Source of the DNA: Octopus vulgaris
Lineage: Eukaryota
Reading direction: 5' to 3'
DNA: 64,000 bases
NCBI GenBank assembly: GCA_951406725.2
Contig: OX597832.1
Coordinates: forward strand, 54,994,001-55,058,000
Of this stretch, positions 40,836 through 54,439 are shown in pieces. The position numbers and the translations under genes were made by a program. How positions within the stretch are numbered: position 1 is the first letter of the stretch; each line of letters starts with the position of its first letter. The notes under the pieces were generated by a model. The model ran no database searches. It was not told where the DNA came from and saw nothing but the letters and a program-made list of their open reading frames with translations.

Positions 40836-40985
40836 TACATATAATATACATACATATTATTTATATATTCAAATGTATGTGATGGCGCGTGGCTTTGTGG
40901 TTAGAGCATTCGGCTCACGATTGTAAGGTCGTGTATGTATATGTGTAGGTGTGTATGTATATATGTAAATATATATATATACACA

Positions 40986-41064
<79 letters not shown>

Positions 41065-41065
41065 G

Positions 41066-41442
41066 GGTCGTAGGAGTGGTAAGTAGCTTGCTTACGAACC
41101 ACATAGTTCCGGGTTCAGACCATCTTGGGCAAGTGTCTTCTGTGAGCCGACCAATAGTGAGTGGATTGGTAGACGGAAACTGAAAGAAGCCTGTCTTATA
41201 TATGCATATATATATATGCGTGTGTGTGTATATGCTTGTGTGTCTGTGTTTGTCCCCCTACATCGCTTGACAACCGATGCTGGTGTGTTTACGCCCTCGT
41301 AACTTAGCGGTTCGGCAAAAGAGACCGATAGAATAAGTACTAGGCTTACAAAGAATAAGTCCTGGGGTCGATTCGTTCGAATAAAGGCGGTGCTCCAGCA
41401 TGGGCACAGTCAAATGACTGAAACAAGTAAAATAGTAAAAGA

Positions 41443-41445
<3 letters not shown>
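41066..41445 (+). mobile_element. SINE family 1
   Basis: Family consensus with small deletions. Confidence 0.9.
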
Positions 41446-41487
<42 letters not shown>

Positions 41488-41790
41488 TGCAAGCAAGCAC
41501 ACACATGTTTTCACATTATTACATACATACTTAAATATAAACACATAATCGGAATGAACACAGATACATTTATATCCATCTATAAATAATGAATACGCAC
41601 GTTCATGCATATGTATATCTTTATTGCCATCCTCACCTACACATGTATCCAAAAAGAAATGGTATATTCGCTCAATATCATCTGATAGATATAAAGAGGC
41701 ATACTACATAAAATACCATGATATATACCAGCTTAATAAAATATAGTTTAACATAACACAATATAATAACGAATATAATATGAGATAATA

Positions 41791-41835
<45 letters not shown>

Positions 41836-41959
41836 GTGTGAAATATAATAAACAGATGTAGCACAATAACGTGAAAGGTGTGTGATGAAATATACACTCA
41901 TGAACACACGCAAACATACATATTCGCACATGGTCATACACACACATGCGGATATAAAA

Positions 41960-41990
<31 letters not shown>

Positions 41991-42167
41991 CACATATATG
42001 TAAGTTTATATGCATACATACATTCATACGTACATACATATATATATATAAATAAATACATACACACATACATACATATACATATATATATATATACATA
42101 TATATAGTAAAAATAAAGGGTACCCTACGCTGAACTATAATATATAGAAAATGATAAACAAATAGAG

Positions 42168-42200
<33 letters not shown>

Positions 42201-42272
42201 ATACACATATATACATATATATATTATTTCTGCTCATACACACGCACACACAAACACATACATATATGCATA

Positions 42273-42356
<84 letters not shown>

Positions 42357-42507
42357 AACACTATTTCTGCACACATACATATACAATATATATATATACA
42401 TACACATACCATGTCATTTAACAATAAAACACATACAAAGTATACACACAAACATACATATTCTACCTATATATATATATATGTGTATGTGTGTGTATGT
42501 ATGTATG

Positions 42508-42552
<45 letters not shown>

Positions 42553-42967
42553 GTGAATTTAATATAAATGTGAAGTAGAAAAAGAAATCTAGTTATAATT
42601 GCAAAATTTTGAAATATAAAATTTTTATCCAAAATTATTAAATATAGTCATTACAATAAATGGTGAAGATAATGAAAAAATTGAATAGAATGGCAAGATT
42701 GAAAGAAAAATAATAAAAAAAAAAAGGAAATAATTATAGTGAAAAAACAATAACGAAAATTGTGAACGAAATTATATCAGTGAATTATATACGTAAATAA
42801 GATGGTACTAGAGATATTATGATATAATTATTGTAAGGCGATTGTCTGAAATGTTTATAAAATATTTATGAAACTGCTCCATATATACATTGATGACAAC
42901 AGTATACATACATGCATACATACAAGCGTTTACATATGTGTGTATATATATATATTTATATATAATA

Positions 42968-43288
42968 GTGAGGGCGCGTGGCTTAGTGGTTAGAGCATTC
43001 GGCTCATGATCGTAAGGTTGTGAGTTCGATTCCCGGCGACGCGTTGTGTCCTTGAGCAAGACACTTTATTTCACGTTGCTCCAGTCCACTCAGCTGGCAA
43101 AAATGAGTTGTACTTGTATTTCAAAGGGTCAGCCTTGTCACTCTCTGTGTCACGCTGATTATCCCCGAGAACTACGTTAAGGGTACACGTGTCTGTGGAA
43201 TGCTCAGCCATTTGCACGTTAATTTCACGAGCAAGCTGTTCCGTTGATCGTATCAGCTGGGACCCTCGTCGTCGTAACCGGCGGAGTC

Positions 43289-43290
<2 letters not shown>
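42968..43290 (+). mobile_element. SINE family 3, full length
   Basis: GGCGCGTGGCTTAGTGGTTAGAGC...GAGTTCGATTCCC (A and B boxes), GTGTCCTTGAGCAAGACAC, (TTTA)n tail. Confidence 0.85.
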
Positions 43291-43321
<31 letters not shown>

Positions 43322-43323
<2 letters not shown>

Positions 43324-43847
43324 CCACCAAATCCTCGAGTATAGTCCGCCCTTGAGTATAATACGCAGGGGATTTAATAGGGGGCTGTACCTCTGAGAAA
43401 CCTAAACCTTGTGTATAATACGCTCCTCTTCTCTAACTTGAGTCGTGCGTAATTAAGCCAGAAGCACCTAGTCGAAGAAACACTTCCGCGCATGCGTAAT
43501 ACTATAATGGTGATGTTCTTAACTGTTATATGGGAATGTAAATATGTTTGCAAATTGTTTTTGCTACGTGTTATACGTGTTATTCTGTGTTCAGAATACT
43601 TTTATTTTAATAAATGTTACTTACTGCAAGTTATGGATGATTCTTTTATGACTTCATTGCTTCCAGGCTTAGCATAAGGTATTTTCGCTCCCGACGTCAC
43701 AAAATGCGTTTGAATAAACATTGCCGGACAGCAAATAGAGACTCGGACATTGCTTAGAAAATATTTTTCATTTTTAACCTCGTATATAGTACGCACAAGG
43801 GATTTTGACCTTTAAATTTGGGGGGAAAATGCGGATTATACTCGACG

Positions 43848-43852
<5 letters not shown>
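43322..43852. mobile_element. Tc1/mariner-superfamily (pogo/Tigger-type) MITE in (TA)n
   Basis: TIRs AAATCCTCGAGTATAGTCCGC (43329-43349) and GCGGATTATACTCGACGATTT (43831-43851). Confidence 0.75.
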
Positions 43853-43888
<36 letters not shown>

Positions 43889-44425
43889 TCATTTTTGTTG
43901 GTGTCCACGAGTTGAGCTTCTCTATAATTTGCAGGGACTCAATATGTATCGCTTCTGATGTCGACAGTTAGGGACCAGCTCAGACATTTTATTTTATAAC
44001 ATAATGTCTAGGGCCTTTGTTAGAGTGCAAACATTTGTTAGATGCGACATAGAGATAGAGAAAAGCAAAAGGAAAGATTTCTTTTGGACGCCATTCTGAC
44101 ATACCTAATATGGCGGCGTTATTACACAAGGAGATAACATTTTAAAGTTTTGAAACGGAACACAGGAAATCTAAAAAGAAATCACACCAGACAAACGTAT
44201 GAAGATATCATTATAATCCTGGACAGGCTACGTTTCTCCAAATCGAACAAGACACTTGCTTCCTGATCTAGCTACTACAATCGAGAGAATAGCAATTATA
44301 TAATGCGAGTATAATGCAGTTTTTCACTGGCCAACGCTTCGAAAGATACCACTCGGAAGTATCTATCTGTCTATCTATATATCTATCTCTCTATTTATTA
44401 ATCTACCTATCTATCTATCTATCAG

Positions 44426-44517
<92 letters not shown>

Positions 44518-44553
44518 CTACCAACCTACCTATGTATCTATGAATACCTCTAT

Positions 44554-44656
<103 letters not shown>

Positions 44657-45363
44657 TCTATCTACCAACCTACATATCTATCTAAGAATACCTCTATTTA
44701 TCTATATGTCTGTCTGTCTGTCTGACTGTCTGTCTGTCTGTCTGTCTGTCTGATTGTCTGTGTCTGTTTGTCTATCTTCCTATTTGTTTATCTATCTAAG
44801 TTCATATATATATGTGTGTGCGTGTTTGTATATATACATGTATGTACGCCTGTGTGTAGGTATGTATATATGCATGTATGCATATATGCATGTATGTATG
44901 TATGTACGTATGTATGTGTGTATGCATGTATGTAAGCACGTATAAATATATATATGTATGCATTGCGTTTTAGTCTGTGTGTGTCCGTTTGTTTGTTTTT
45001 TGTTGTTTGTTTTTGTTTGTTTCTTTTTTTAAAATTTTCACACTTAAACATTCCTTGATAGACACAAATGAAGTGCAACGGATTTTGCACTCTTATGAAT
45101 CAGCATTTGTTTGTAGTTGAATGCTTCGTTAAGTTTTTCTTACCAACAAAGTGAAAAAGAATTCATAATATAAATAAATAATGAACGAAAGGGGGGCGGG
45201 CAGGAGGTGGTCGGGACAGGAAACAACGAATGCGGCGAAGAGTCGAGGAAATTGCGACGTTAGACAATTTTTAATATACATACAAACATACTCGCATTCA
45301 CCGCCACCACAACCCAACACGCACACAGATACATACACACAAACATATATACATACATACATT

Positions 45364-45402
<39 letters not shown>

Positions 45403-45424
45403 TAAATATCTATGTACATATATG

Positions 45425-45473
<49 letters not shown>

Positions 45474-45514
45474 ATGTATGTATGTATGTATGTATGTATG
45501 TATGTATGTATGTG

Positions 45515-45563
<49 letters not shown>

Positions 45564-45596
45564 ATGTATGTATGTATGTATGTATGTATGTGTGTG

Positions 45597-45650
<54 letters not shown>

Positions 45651-45761
45651 TAATGTAATAGAATTTGTGTTTGTGTTTTGAATAAACTGGACTGGTATTT
45701 TTTAATAAGATTTATTTTCTTGACAATATTTGTTGAGACGGAGTTATATATTGCAGGTCAA

Positions 45762-46140
45762 GGCGGCGAGCTGGAAGAATCGTTAGCACGCCGGGTGGAA
45801 ATACTTAGCGGTATTTCGTCTGCCGCTACGTTCTGAGTTCAAATTCCGCCGAGGTCGACTTCACCTTTCATCCTTTCGGGAGTCGATAAATTAAGTACCA
45901 TTTATGCACTGGGGTCGATGTAATCGACTTAATCCGTTTGTCTGTCCTTGTTTATCCTCTCTGTGTTTAGCCCCTTGTGGGTAGTAAAGAAATAAGTATT
46001 TCATCTGTCGCTACGTTCTGAGTTCAAATTCCTCCACCCTTTTGCGTTCGATAAATTAAATACCAAACCAGTGCTGGGATCGATGTAATTGACTCGCCCC
46101 TTTCTCCAAAATTTCATCTATTGTGCCTTTAGTAGAAAAG
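45762..46140 (+). mobile_element. SINE family 2, head plus 1.5 bodies
   Basis: Family consensus. Confidence 0.9.
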
Positions 46141-46141
46141 A

Positions 46142-46172
<31 letters not shown>

Positions 46173-46232
46173 TATATTGATATATACATATCAATAAATG
46201 GTGGGGTTGTGTTGACCGCACGTGGAGAAATG

Positions 46233-46469
46233 ATAGGCGAGGAAAAATTATAAAAAGCAGAATGCTAAATTGAAGGTAAATTTTAATAAAAGTGGGTGTA
46301 TGGAAAATTTTGAAAGATACTAGAAAAATATTAACTCTAACCGGTTTTCGGTTAGATGAAAACCGGTTAGAGTTAATATTTTTCTATTATTTTTTTTAAA
46401 TTTCCATACACCCATTTTATTAAAATTTACCTTCAATTTAGCATTCTGCTTTTTTATAATTTTTCCTCG

Positions 46470-46474
<5 letters not shown>
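46233..46474. repeat. Fold-back palindrome, ~117-bp arms, 8-nt loop
   Basis: ATAGGCGAGGAAAAATTATA...AACCGGTTTTC ggttagat GAAAACCGGTT...TATAATTTTTCCTCGCCTAT. Confidence 0.9.
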
Positions 46475-46519
<45 letters not shown>

Positions 46520-46551
46520 CGTGTGTGTATGTGTGTGTCTATGTATATATA

Positions 46552-46788
46552 TTGTAGTGTTTGGGGAGGGTCATATTGCCTTAATGCCTTATTATCTAAC
46601 ACACTCACCGGTTCGACTTCCATTCATTTATTATTTATATTTTTCCTTCCAAAATTTTCTTGCAACCTTAAAAGCAACGAAAATTTTGCAAGAAGAAAAT
46701 ATGAATAATAAATGAAAGGAATTCGAACAGCTGAGTGTGTTAGGTCATAAGGTATTAAGACAATATGATTCTCCCCAGAGACAACAAA
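46552..46788. repeat. Imperfect fold-back palindrome, ~110-bp arms
   Basis: GGGGAGGGTCATATTGCCTTAATGCCTTAT..CTAACACACTCA versus TGAGTGTGTTAG..ATAAGGTATTAAGACAATATGATTCTCCCC. Confidence 0.8.
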
Positions 46789-47200
46789 ATTTGCTTCAAC
46801 ACGAATTCGCATAAAAATTCTTGCAAACCAGATACAAGAACGAAATACATCTATGTATGTGTGTGTGTAGTACGTATGCATTTCTACAGTTTTCAACCTA
46901 TTTTCCCCAAACTTTAGACACACATTATTTATGTGCCAAGGATGGTCATGCTCTATAACATTTTGCCCAGAGCTTCCCGCGCAAAGCGAGAAACTGAGGA
47001 AAACGGTGTTTTACACGTGTCTTTCTTTCAAAACTTCTGCAGTTTTCAACCGATTCTCTACCTTTTCTCTCTCCGTTTATTTCTCTCTCTCTTTTTTTTT
47101 TTCATTCTCTGTTACTCCTTCTTAAACATGTTCTCTCTTACCCTCTGTAATAGTTCCTCTCTTTTAGTCTGTCTGTTTCTTTCACTCTCTCTCCCTTTTC

Positions 47201-47246
<46 letters not shown>

Positions 47247-47491
47247 CTTTAACTCACTCACATACTTACTAACTTCTGTCTACAAATTGATTTCCGTGTA
47301 TTTCAATTAGTCTTACATAAACAATCTCTGTTGTTACGGTTTTTATACATTCTCTCTGAAGAATAATTTAGTGATTTTAAATTTTGTTCACCCAGTGTGT
47401 TTAAATTCAGTTTTGCCACATCTGCCTAAAAATTGACTTCAATTTTGTCGTGCATATCTTTTACGGTATTTGTATGTTCTCCCTACAACAT

Positions 47492-47714
47492 ACTCTTTAC
47501 TCTTTACTCTTTTACTCTTTTACTCTTTTACTTGTTTCAGTCATTTGACTGCGGCCATGCTGGAGCACCGCCTTTAATCGAGCAACTCGACCCCGGGACT
47601 TATTCTTTGTAAGCCCAGTACTTATTCTATCGGTCTCTTTTGCCGAACCGCTAAGTGACGGGGACGTAAACACACCAGCATCGGTTGTCAAGCAATGCTA
47701 GGGGGACAAACACA

Positions 47715-47755
<41 letters not shown>

Positions 47756-47937
47756 ATATATATACATATATATGACAGGCTTCTTTCAGTTTCCGTCTAC
47801 CAAATCCACTCACAAGGCATTGGTCGGCCCGGGGCTATAGCAGAAGACACTTACCCAAGATGCCACGCAGTGGGACTGAACCCGGAACCATGTGGTTGGT
47901 TAGCAAGCTACTTACCGCACAGCCACTCCTGCGCCTA
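47492..47937 (-). mobile_element. SINE family 1, well preserved, with (GTAAAAGA)n tail
   Basis: Family consensus. Confidence 0.92.
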
Positions 47938-48421
47938 TATATGCGCCTAACATCATATTACTTATTTAAATTTTTTACACTCTATCCAATTAAATACACT
48001 ATTTACATTTCTCCCTCTATTGAAAAACGCTGTGCGTGCGGTCTTGCATGCGTACGTATGACTGCTATGAGCCAGACACACCCGATAAGCTTTTGTTACT
48101 AACCAATGAGATTTCAACCGCGCCACTGAGCGGTCATGCGTTAGAAAAAGCGGTTTCAAAAGCGGTTCAAGTTTTTTCACTCAAGCTATTTTCTTCTAGA
48201 GCTTTATACGCTCAAACGGGGGTTTGTAAGTTCTGTTTACAAATTGATCTCCTTGTTTATGTAAATAAAATTCTTTGTCTGTCGGTTCCCTGCGCATTCT
48301 CAATCAGCTCGACCAAATCAAGTCAAATTTTATAAGGTAATAAGTATCAAACCCCGTGGGTGTCAACATGTAATAGAATTTAAAAGAAGAGGTTGTTGGA
48401 AAGCATCACTAAATCTTTGTA

Positions 48422-48519
48422 TTTATTCTATCGGTTTCTTTTGCCGAACCGCTAGGTTACGGGGACGTAAACACACCAGCATCTGTTGTCAAGCGATGTT
48501 TTGGAGGACAGACACACAA

Positions 48520-48617
<98 letters not shown>

Positions 48618-48787
48618 TATATACGACGGGTTTCTTTCAGTTTCTGTCTACCGAATCCGCTCACAAAACTTTGATCGGCCCGAGGCTATAGTAAAAGACA
48701 TTTGCCCAAAGTGCCACGCAGTGAGACTGAACCCGGAACCATGTGGTTGGTAAGCAAGCTACTTACCACACAGCCACTCCTAAGCCT
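48422..48787 (-). mobile_element. SINE family 1, 3'-truncated
   Basis: Family consensus. Confidence 0.88.
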
Positions 48788-48814
48788 ATATATATATACA
48801 TACATACACACACA

Positions 48815-48831
48815 TAGATAGATAGATATAC

Positions 48832-48922
<91 letters not shown>

Positions 48923-49001
48923 TAGGCAGATAGATAGGGAGATAGATAGATAGATAGACAGACAGAAAGATAGCTAGATAGATAGACAGACAGATAACTG
49001 A

Positions 49002-49062
<61 letters not shown>

Positions 49063-49063
49063 G

Positions 49064-49116
<53 letters not shown>

Positions 49117-49122
49117 GATAGA
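48815..49122. repeat. (GATA)n microsatellite
   Basis: Visible directly. Confidence 0.95.
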
Positions 49123-49609
49123 CACACACACGTATCGATATAGATATATATGTGCATGTGTGTGTATGTGCGTGTTTTACATAGTAATGAAGCTCCACGT
49201 ATTTATGAAAACCGCTGGAATCCAGAGTCAACCGGGAGACGTCCTTCTTGGTTTTTCCTCAAAAAGCTTGGAATATATTCCAGACGGACAAGGTATAAAC
49301 TTCGGAATGAATTTAACTCATTCCTAAGCAACATTACAAAATTGTGCAGTCGATTTGAATTCACGACTCAAAACGCAATACCTTAGTCATCCGACCGTTT
49401 CAATTCTACTGAAGCAGTTACAGAACTATGATGACCAATGACCAGCGTAATATTAGCTTCTGAGGTGTGAAATAGCGATAAATTCTTCATCTGATACCGG
49501 CTTTCTTGCTCTGAAATTAAGAGAATATTTTGGATTCTTAACTGCGAAAATATAATAGTTATGTCAGAACGGGACGGTAATTTTGGGTCTGTGTGTGTGG
49601 CAGTGTGCG

Positions 49610-49702
49610 TATGGGAGTGTTTATATGTACGTGTATCTGTATGGTGAGTGTCTGCAATGTGTGTGTGTGTATGTGCGTGTGCATGCACGCGTGCGTGTAC
49701 GT

Positions 49703-49751
<49 letters not shown>

Positions 49752-50738
49752 TGTTTATATGTGTGTGTATGTGTATGGTGAGTGTCTGCAATGTGTTTCT
49801 ATGTGTGTGTGTTTCTGTGTGAGTGTGTGCGTGTGCATGTGCGTGTGCATGCACGTGTGCGTGTGCATGCACGTGTGCGTGGGCATGCACGTGTGCGTGT
49901 ACATGTGTGTGTGGGCGGGTTTATATGTGTGTGCATGTCTATGGTAAGTGTCTGCAATGTGTGTCTGTATGTGTGTGCGTGGGCATGCACGCGTGCGTGT
50001 ACGTGCGTGTGTGTGTGTTTGTGTGTGTTTATGTGTTTATATGTGTGTGTATGTGTATGGTGAGTGTCTGCAATGTGATTTTGTATATGTGTGTGTGTGT
50101 TGTGTGAGTGTATCGTGATTTTGTGCGATGTGTCTTTGTACATGTGTGTGTGTGTGTATGTATGGTGTGTGATGTGTGATGTGTCTTTGTGTGTGTGTAT
50201 GTATGTATGGTGTGTGTGTGTGTGTGTGTTTTGCATGTATGCGTGCATGTATTTTGTACGTGTGTGCATATGAGTGTGATTATGTGTTTGTGGGGGTGTG
50301 AGTGGGAGTAAGTGGAGGAGGAAATGGGAGGGGTGGGTGGAGTGGAGTGATTGGGGGTACAGTGAATGTGGGCGTGGTGAATGTGTGTGTGTATGTGTGA
50401 TTGAACGTGAGTATGTATGTGTATAAGCGTATTTGTGCGTGAATGCTTGTGTGTGCGTGTGTGAGTGTATGTGAGTGCGTGCGTGTGTGAGTATATGTGA
50501 GTGTATGTGTATGTGTATTTGTGCTTGTGTGTGTGTGCGTGTGTGCGTGTGTGAGTGTATGTGTATGTGTATTTATGCTTGTGTGTGTGTGTGTGTGTAT
50601 GTGTATTTATGCTTGTGTGTGTGTGTGTGTGAGTGTATGTGAGTGTATGTGTATGTGTATTTATGCTTGTGTGTGTGTGTGTATGTGAGTGTATGTGTAT
50701 GTGTATTTATGCTTGTGTGTGTGTGTGTGTATTTATGC

Positions 50739-50790
<52 letters not shown>
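49610..50790. repeat. TG-rich minisatellites (TATGGTGAGTGTCTGCAATGTG units; GTGTATTTATGCTTGTGT units)
   Basis: The first anchor recurs four times at about 135-160 bp spacing. Confidence 0.85.
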
Positions 50791-50795
<5 letters not shown>

Positions 50796-51638
50796 TGTGG
50801 GGGCGAGTGTGTGTGGTGATCTGTAACGTAACAACGCTTCGAACGTATTCTAGTCAACCGTTGCTTAAACAGAATCTTTTATACCTGGCCGGTTGGCCGG
50901 TTGGCTGGCTGGCTGGTTGGCCGGCTGGCTTGCTGGCTTGCTGGCAGGTTTGCTGGCTGGCTGTCTCCGTTGCTACCCCATCACATAAATACACAGGAAA
51001 CATGTCCGTTGTAAAGTAGTATAAGAACTTCGTGCGATACCATCAAATTATTGCCTCAACTCATGCGTGCTATATCCTATAATTTTGGTAATTTAATTCA
51101 ATGAATTCAACATAAATGTCATGTTTAAACATTACTGACACTCAAATACACATAGATAAGCAGGCGGATGTATCTATTCATGGATGCATTAATATATTCA
51201 TAAAATTTAGAAGTCCATACGTCACAAATAGATTACAAATAATTTAGATACATTGACATACATAATTCATACATACCATACATAATTCATTAATATATAA
51301 ACGCTTCCCTATATCTATACAGACACGTTATTACGACTCTAGTCTTCGCGAGAATTAATACGTTTGCGTGATTGTTCTGTGAGTGGTGCAAGAACTGCAT
51401 CGACGTGTCTTTGAAGTGTTAATATCCTTATTAGATACATTAATTTGTTTTCATTAGACACTTGGCAACTGTTTTAAAGAAGGTTGTAGTTAATTGAATC
51501 ACCCTCTTTTACCCCTGGTGTATTACCGGGAGTTGATCTGCTTGTCACTGAAGTACTAACGAAAGCAGCAGACATCTTTGTCGGATTTGGATTGAGAAAA
51601 TAATGAAGGACCAGACGAGATTCGCCCAAAATATTCTC

Positions 51639-52198
51639 TTGGATTGACCAGAAAGTTCGTGCCAATCTATAATAGCTTACCTTTCGACTTACTTTAGAAC
51701 ACGGTTGAGTCCATAAAATAGTATTTGACTACTCCTCCATTTGGAGCACAGTTTAAGCTATCTTTTCGTGGAAGAAGGTTTATGATCTGTGTCAATTCTG
51801 TAACCCTTTGAAATGGAAGATAAGAAAGTTCATGTTCAGCACTTGATGCTTTGGGAACCAGACAAAAATTGCAGCAGCTCGGCTGGGATGTGTTACCCCA
51901 CCCTTCATATTCACCAGATATTGCTCCTTCGGATTTCCACTTATTCAGGTCTCTGCAGAATAGTCTTAATGATAAAAATTTCAATTCCTTGGATGACGTC
52001 AAAAGATGCCTTGATAAATTCTTTGCCATGAAACCACCTCAGTTCTGGGAAGAGGGTATTTTCAAGTTAAAGGAAAGATGGAGACGCATTGTGCAACAAA
52101 ATAGTTCATATTTAGTTGATTAAAAATGTAATAGCAAGTATTTATTGACCTTCTTCTTTCCTTTAAAAATCGGCACAAACTATCCGGACAAGCCAATA
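51639..52198 (+). mobile_element. Internally deleted mariner (~560 bp) with both TIRs
   Basis: TIRs TTGGATTGACCAGAAAGTTCGTGCCAAT / ATCGGCACAAACTATCCGGACAAGCCAA-TA. N-terminus MEDKKVHVQHLMLWE is joined out of frame to the C-terminus ..LGWDVLPHPSYSPDIAPSDFHLFRSLQN..EEGIFKLKERWRRIVQQNSSYL. Confidence 0.92.
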
Positions 52199-52861
52199 TT
52201 TTGACGACCCATAATTTTAGTGTTTAGGCGTAAGCGAACTTAAGGTTAGTTAGCATATGTTTGCGACATATTTCAATTTCTAAGATAGAATTATTTTCTC
52301 CACGGTCACTACAGTGAGTTTGCCTTTAGAATTTGACATATATATCACGAACATATCTTAATCAAAAATTATGCATATGAGCGGTTCTCTCAACTAAGAA
52401 ACTGAATAACGAATAGCTTTTCTGGAGAAAATTCAATGCGCATTACAAGCTGAAATTTGACCAACGAACAACGTCTTGACTTACACATGCGTATAACCTA
52501 GAAGGAGTCCATTCGATCAACGAACTGAAATTTGAACAAGAAACCGCTCGTACACTACGCATGCGTATAAATGAGTAGGAGGACGTGTACAATCGGTTCG
52601 TTAACGTCCATGTACGCACTTCGTGTAGGTTGCATATTTTCATATTTTATATAGAAAAAAATATTTCTCACAAGTTTTGTTAAAGACACACTCATGGATT
52701 AACAAAAGAATGACGGAGGGGAAACCGCACACATACATACATACACACACACGCACACACACACGTACAAATACGTAAAGGGAGACAATATTATTATTAT
52801 TATTATTATTATTATTATGAATAACGGAGGGGAAAACGCACACATATATACACACACACGC

Positions 52862-52901
<40 letters not shown>

Positions 52902-52932
52902 GCACAAAGACGTAAGTGGAGACAATATTATT

Positions 52933-52963
<31 letters not shown>

Positions 52964-53061
52964 TTATTATTAAGATCAACTAACCGGTCTGTTTCGGAGA
53001 ACTTTCGGGCCCCTGTTGTACTCTTTCGCCCAGACTTTCTCTCACTCTCTCTTCCTGTTTC

Positions 53062-53175
53062 TTGAGTAACGCTGCGATGGACTGGTGTCACGTCCAGCTG
53101 AGGTGGGAACACTTACGCCACAGAAACCGGGAAACCGGGCCCATGAGCCTGGCTAGGCTTGAAAAAGGACGCATA
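53062..53175 (+). mobile_element. V-domain-like SINE tail without a tRNA head
   Basis: Matches the 3' half of the SINE at 37305-37560. Confidence 0.8.
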
Positions 53176-53176
53176 A

Positions 53177-53688
53177 TCTATATATATAAAACTGTAGTTG
53201 TGTGAGTGTCTGTTCCCTTCGATTTAGATTCTGAACTACTCCCACATTTTGCGGTGCAGTTTAACCAAATTCGGGTATCTTATAGTCGTGATTCATATCG
53301 AGCCCGTCTGAGTATTAGCGCGCGTCTACGATGAGTCTACGATTTTAAAAATAATTTAACATAATTTTTTATTCCATTTTAATGCATAATTTTTCGTGTG
53401 TCGATGGCGGCGGAGTTGGCGTCCATGGTCACACCTGCACCTGTTTGCTTCTCCCCTTCTGCCCTCCCTCGTGAAGCTGTGGGGAAGGGAGTGTAAGGAA
53501 ATCAACGTCGTAAAGCGTTGTCAAGGAGACCAGCGTTCTTTTAGAACAACGACTTCATGGCTTGAAGACACCAAAACAGAAATGGCTAAGAAATCCCGAA
53601 TTGGCATCTATAAGGGAAGTAACTCTCTAAAAATGCTTATATAGTTATTTCCCTTACAAACCCGAGCAACGCCGGGCGATACTGCTAG
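53177..53688 (+). mobile_element. Non-autonomous Helitron
   Basis: A|TC 5' end, subterminal hairpin CCCGAGCAACGCCGGG, CTAG|T 3' end, no TSD. Confidence 0.85.
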
Positions 53689-54119
53689 TAATAAATAATA
53701 ATATATTATGATGAGGGCGTTGACATATTTTTAATTGAGGGGAGTAAAAACTTTTTTTGCTATTTAAAAAAAATTGACACATTTTATAGTTCATTTCGAT
53801 TCTTGTTTTGTATTTGCCTTGTCATGACATGCCTTTCTATATATTTCGTATTTTTATGTGCATATATATTTCTTTACCTTTTGTGCTTTTATATTTATAT
53901 ATATTCCTTTTATATGTTGAAGGCCATGGTAATGTTTATATATGATCGAATGTATGGAAGCGTGGTGTTATATAAGGTCGTTGATTCGAGTTTCAGATTC
54001 GTTCTCTGATCAATATTTTTTTTTTTGGTCTCTGTCTCAATTTCATTTGAGCACTTCTTTTTTGCAGTCCTATCAACTCCTTTTGTCTTCGTAAAAAGAG
54101 GCAAAAATTATTTCTTGTC

Positions 54120-54169
<50 letters not shown>

Positions 54170-54170
<1 letters not shown>

Positions 54171-54367
54171 ATCCAAACATGAAAACACAAAGAGAAAACA
54201 CAACAACGCGAGGACGTGGAACAAGTATAGTATTATTGGACGCTCAGGAAAGAAGGACAGAAGAAGGGTCTTACGTTTCGAGCGGAGCTCTTCGCCAGAA
54301 ACAGGAAAAGGAAAGATACAAAGGAGGGAAGACGGAGGGAAAAACATCGCCAACGGTACACACGCGG

Positions 54368-54370
<3 letters not shown>
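54170..54370 (-). mobile_element. Short Penelope-like-derived insert with a mini-hammerhead variant (54268-54302)
   Basis: GUUU-CUGGCGA-A-GAGC-ucc-GCUC-GAAA-CG-UA^AGAC; flanked by TA/CA tracts. Confidence 0.55.

Positions 54371-54439
<69 letters not shown>

Larger units (their letters stand above)
49210..54114 (+). repeat. Copy 1 of a ~4.8 kb direct duplication
   Basis: Near-identical to 59257-64000. Confidence 0.95.

Noticed and set aside
42970-43040. tRNA-like sequence
   Set aside because: It is a SINE head: there is no acceptor-stem closure and it continues into the SINE body.
49382-49510. Minus-strand 129-nt exon candidate (TTTCAG acceptor, AG|GTATTG donor)
   Set aside because: All three frames contain a stop and there is no recognisable homology; it cannot be supported without transcripts.
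49610-50080. CRISPR-like regularly spaced repeat
   Set aside because: Eukaryotic context, spacers are related TG-rich sequence, and there are no cas genes; it is a minisatellite.
51851-52123. Functional transposase or SETMAR-like gene
   Set aside because: Only the C-terminal part inside a deleted mariner; no DNA-binding domain or first catalytic Asp residues.
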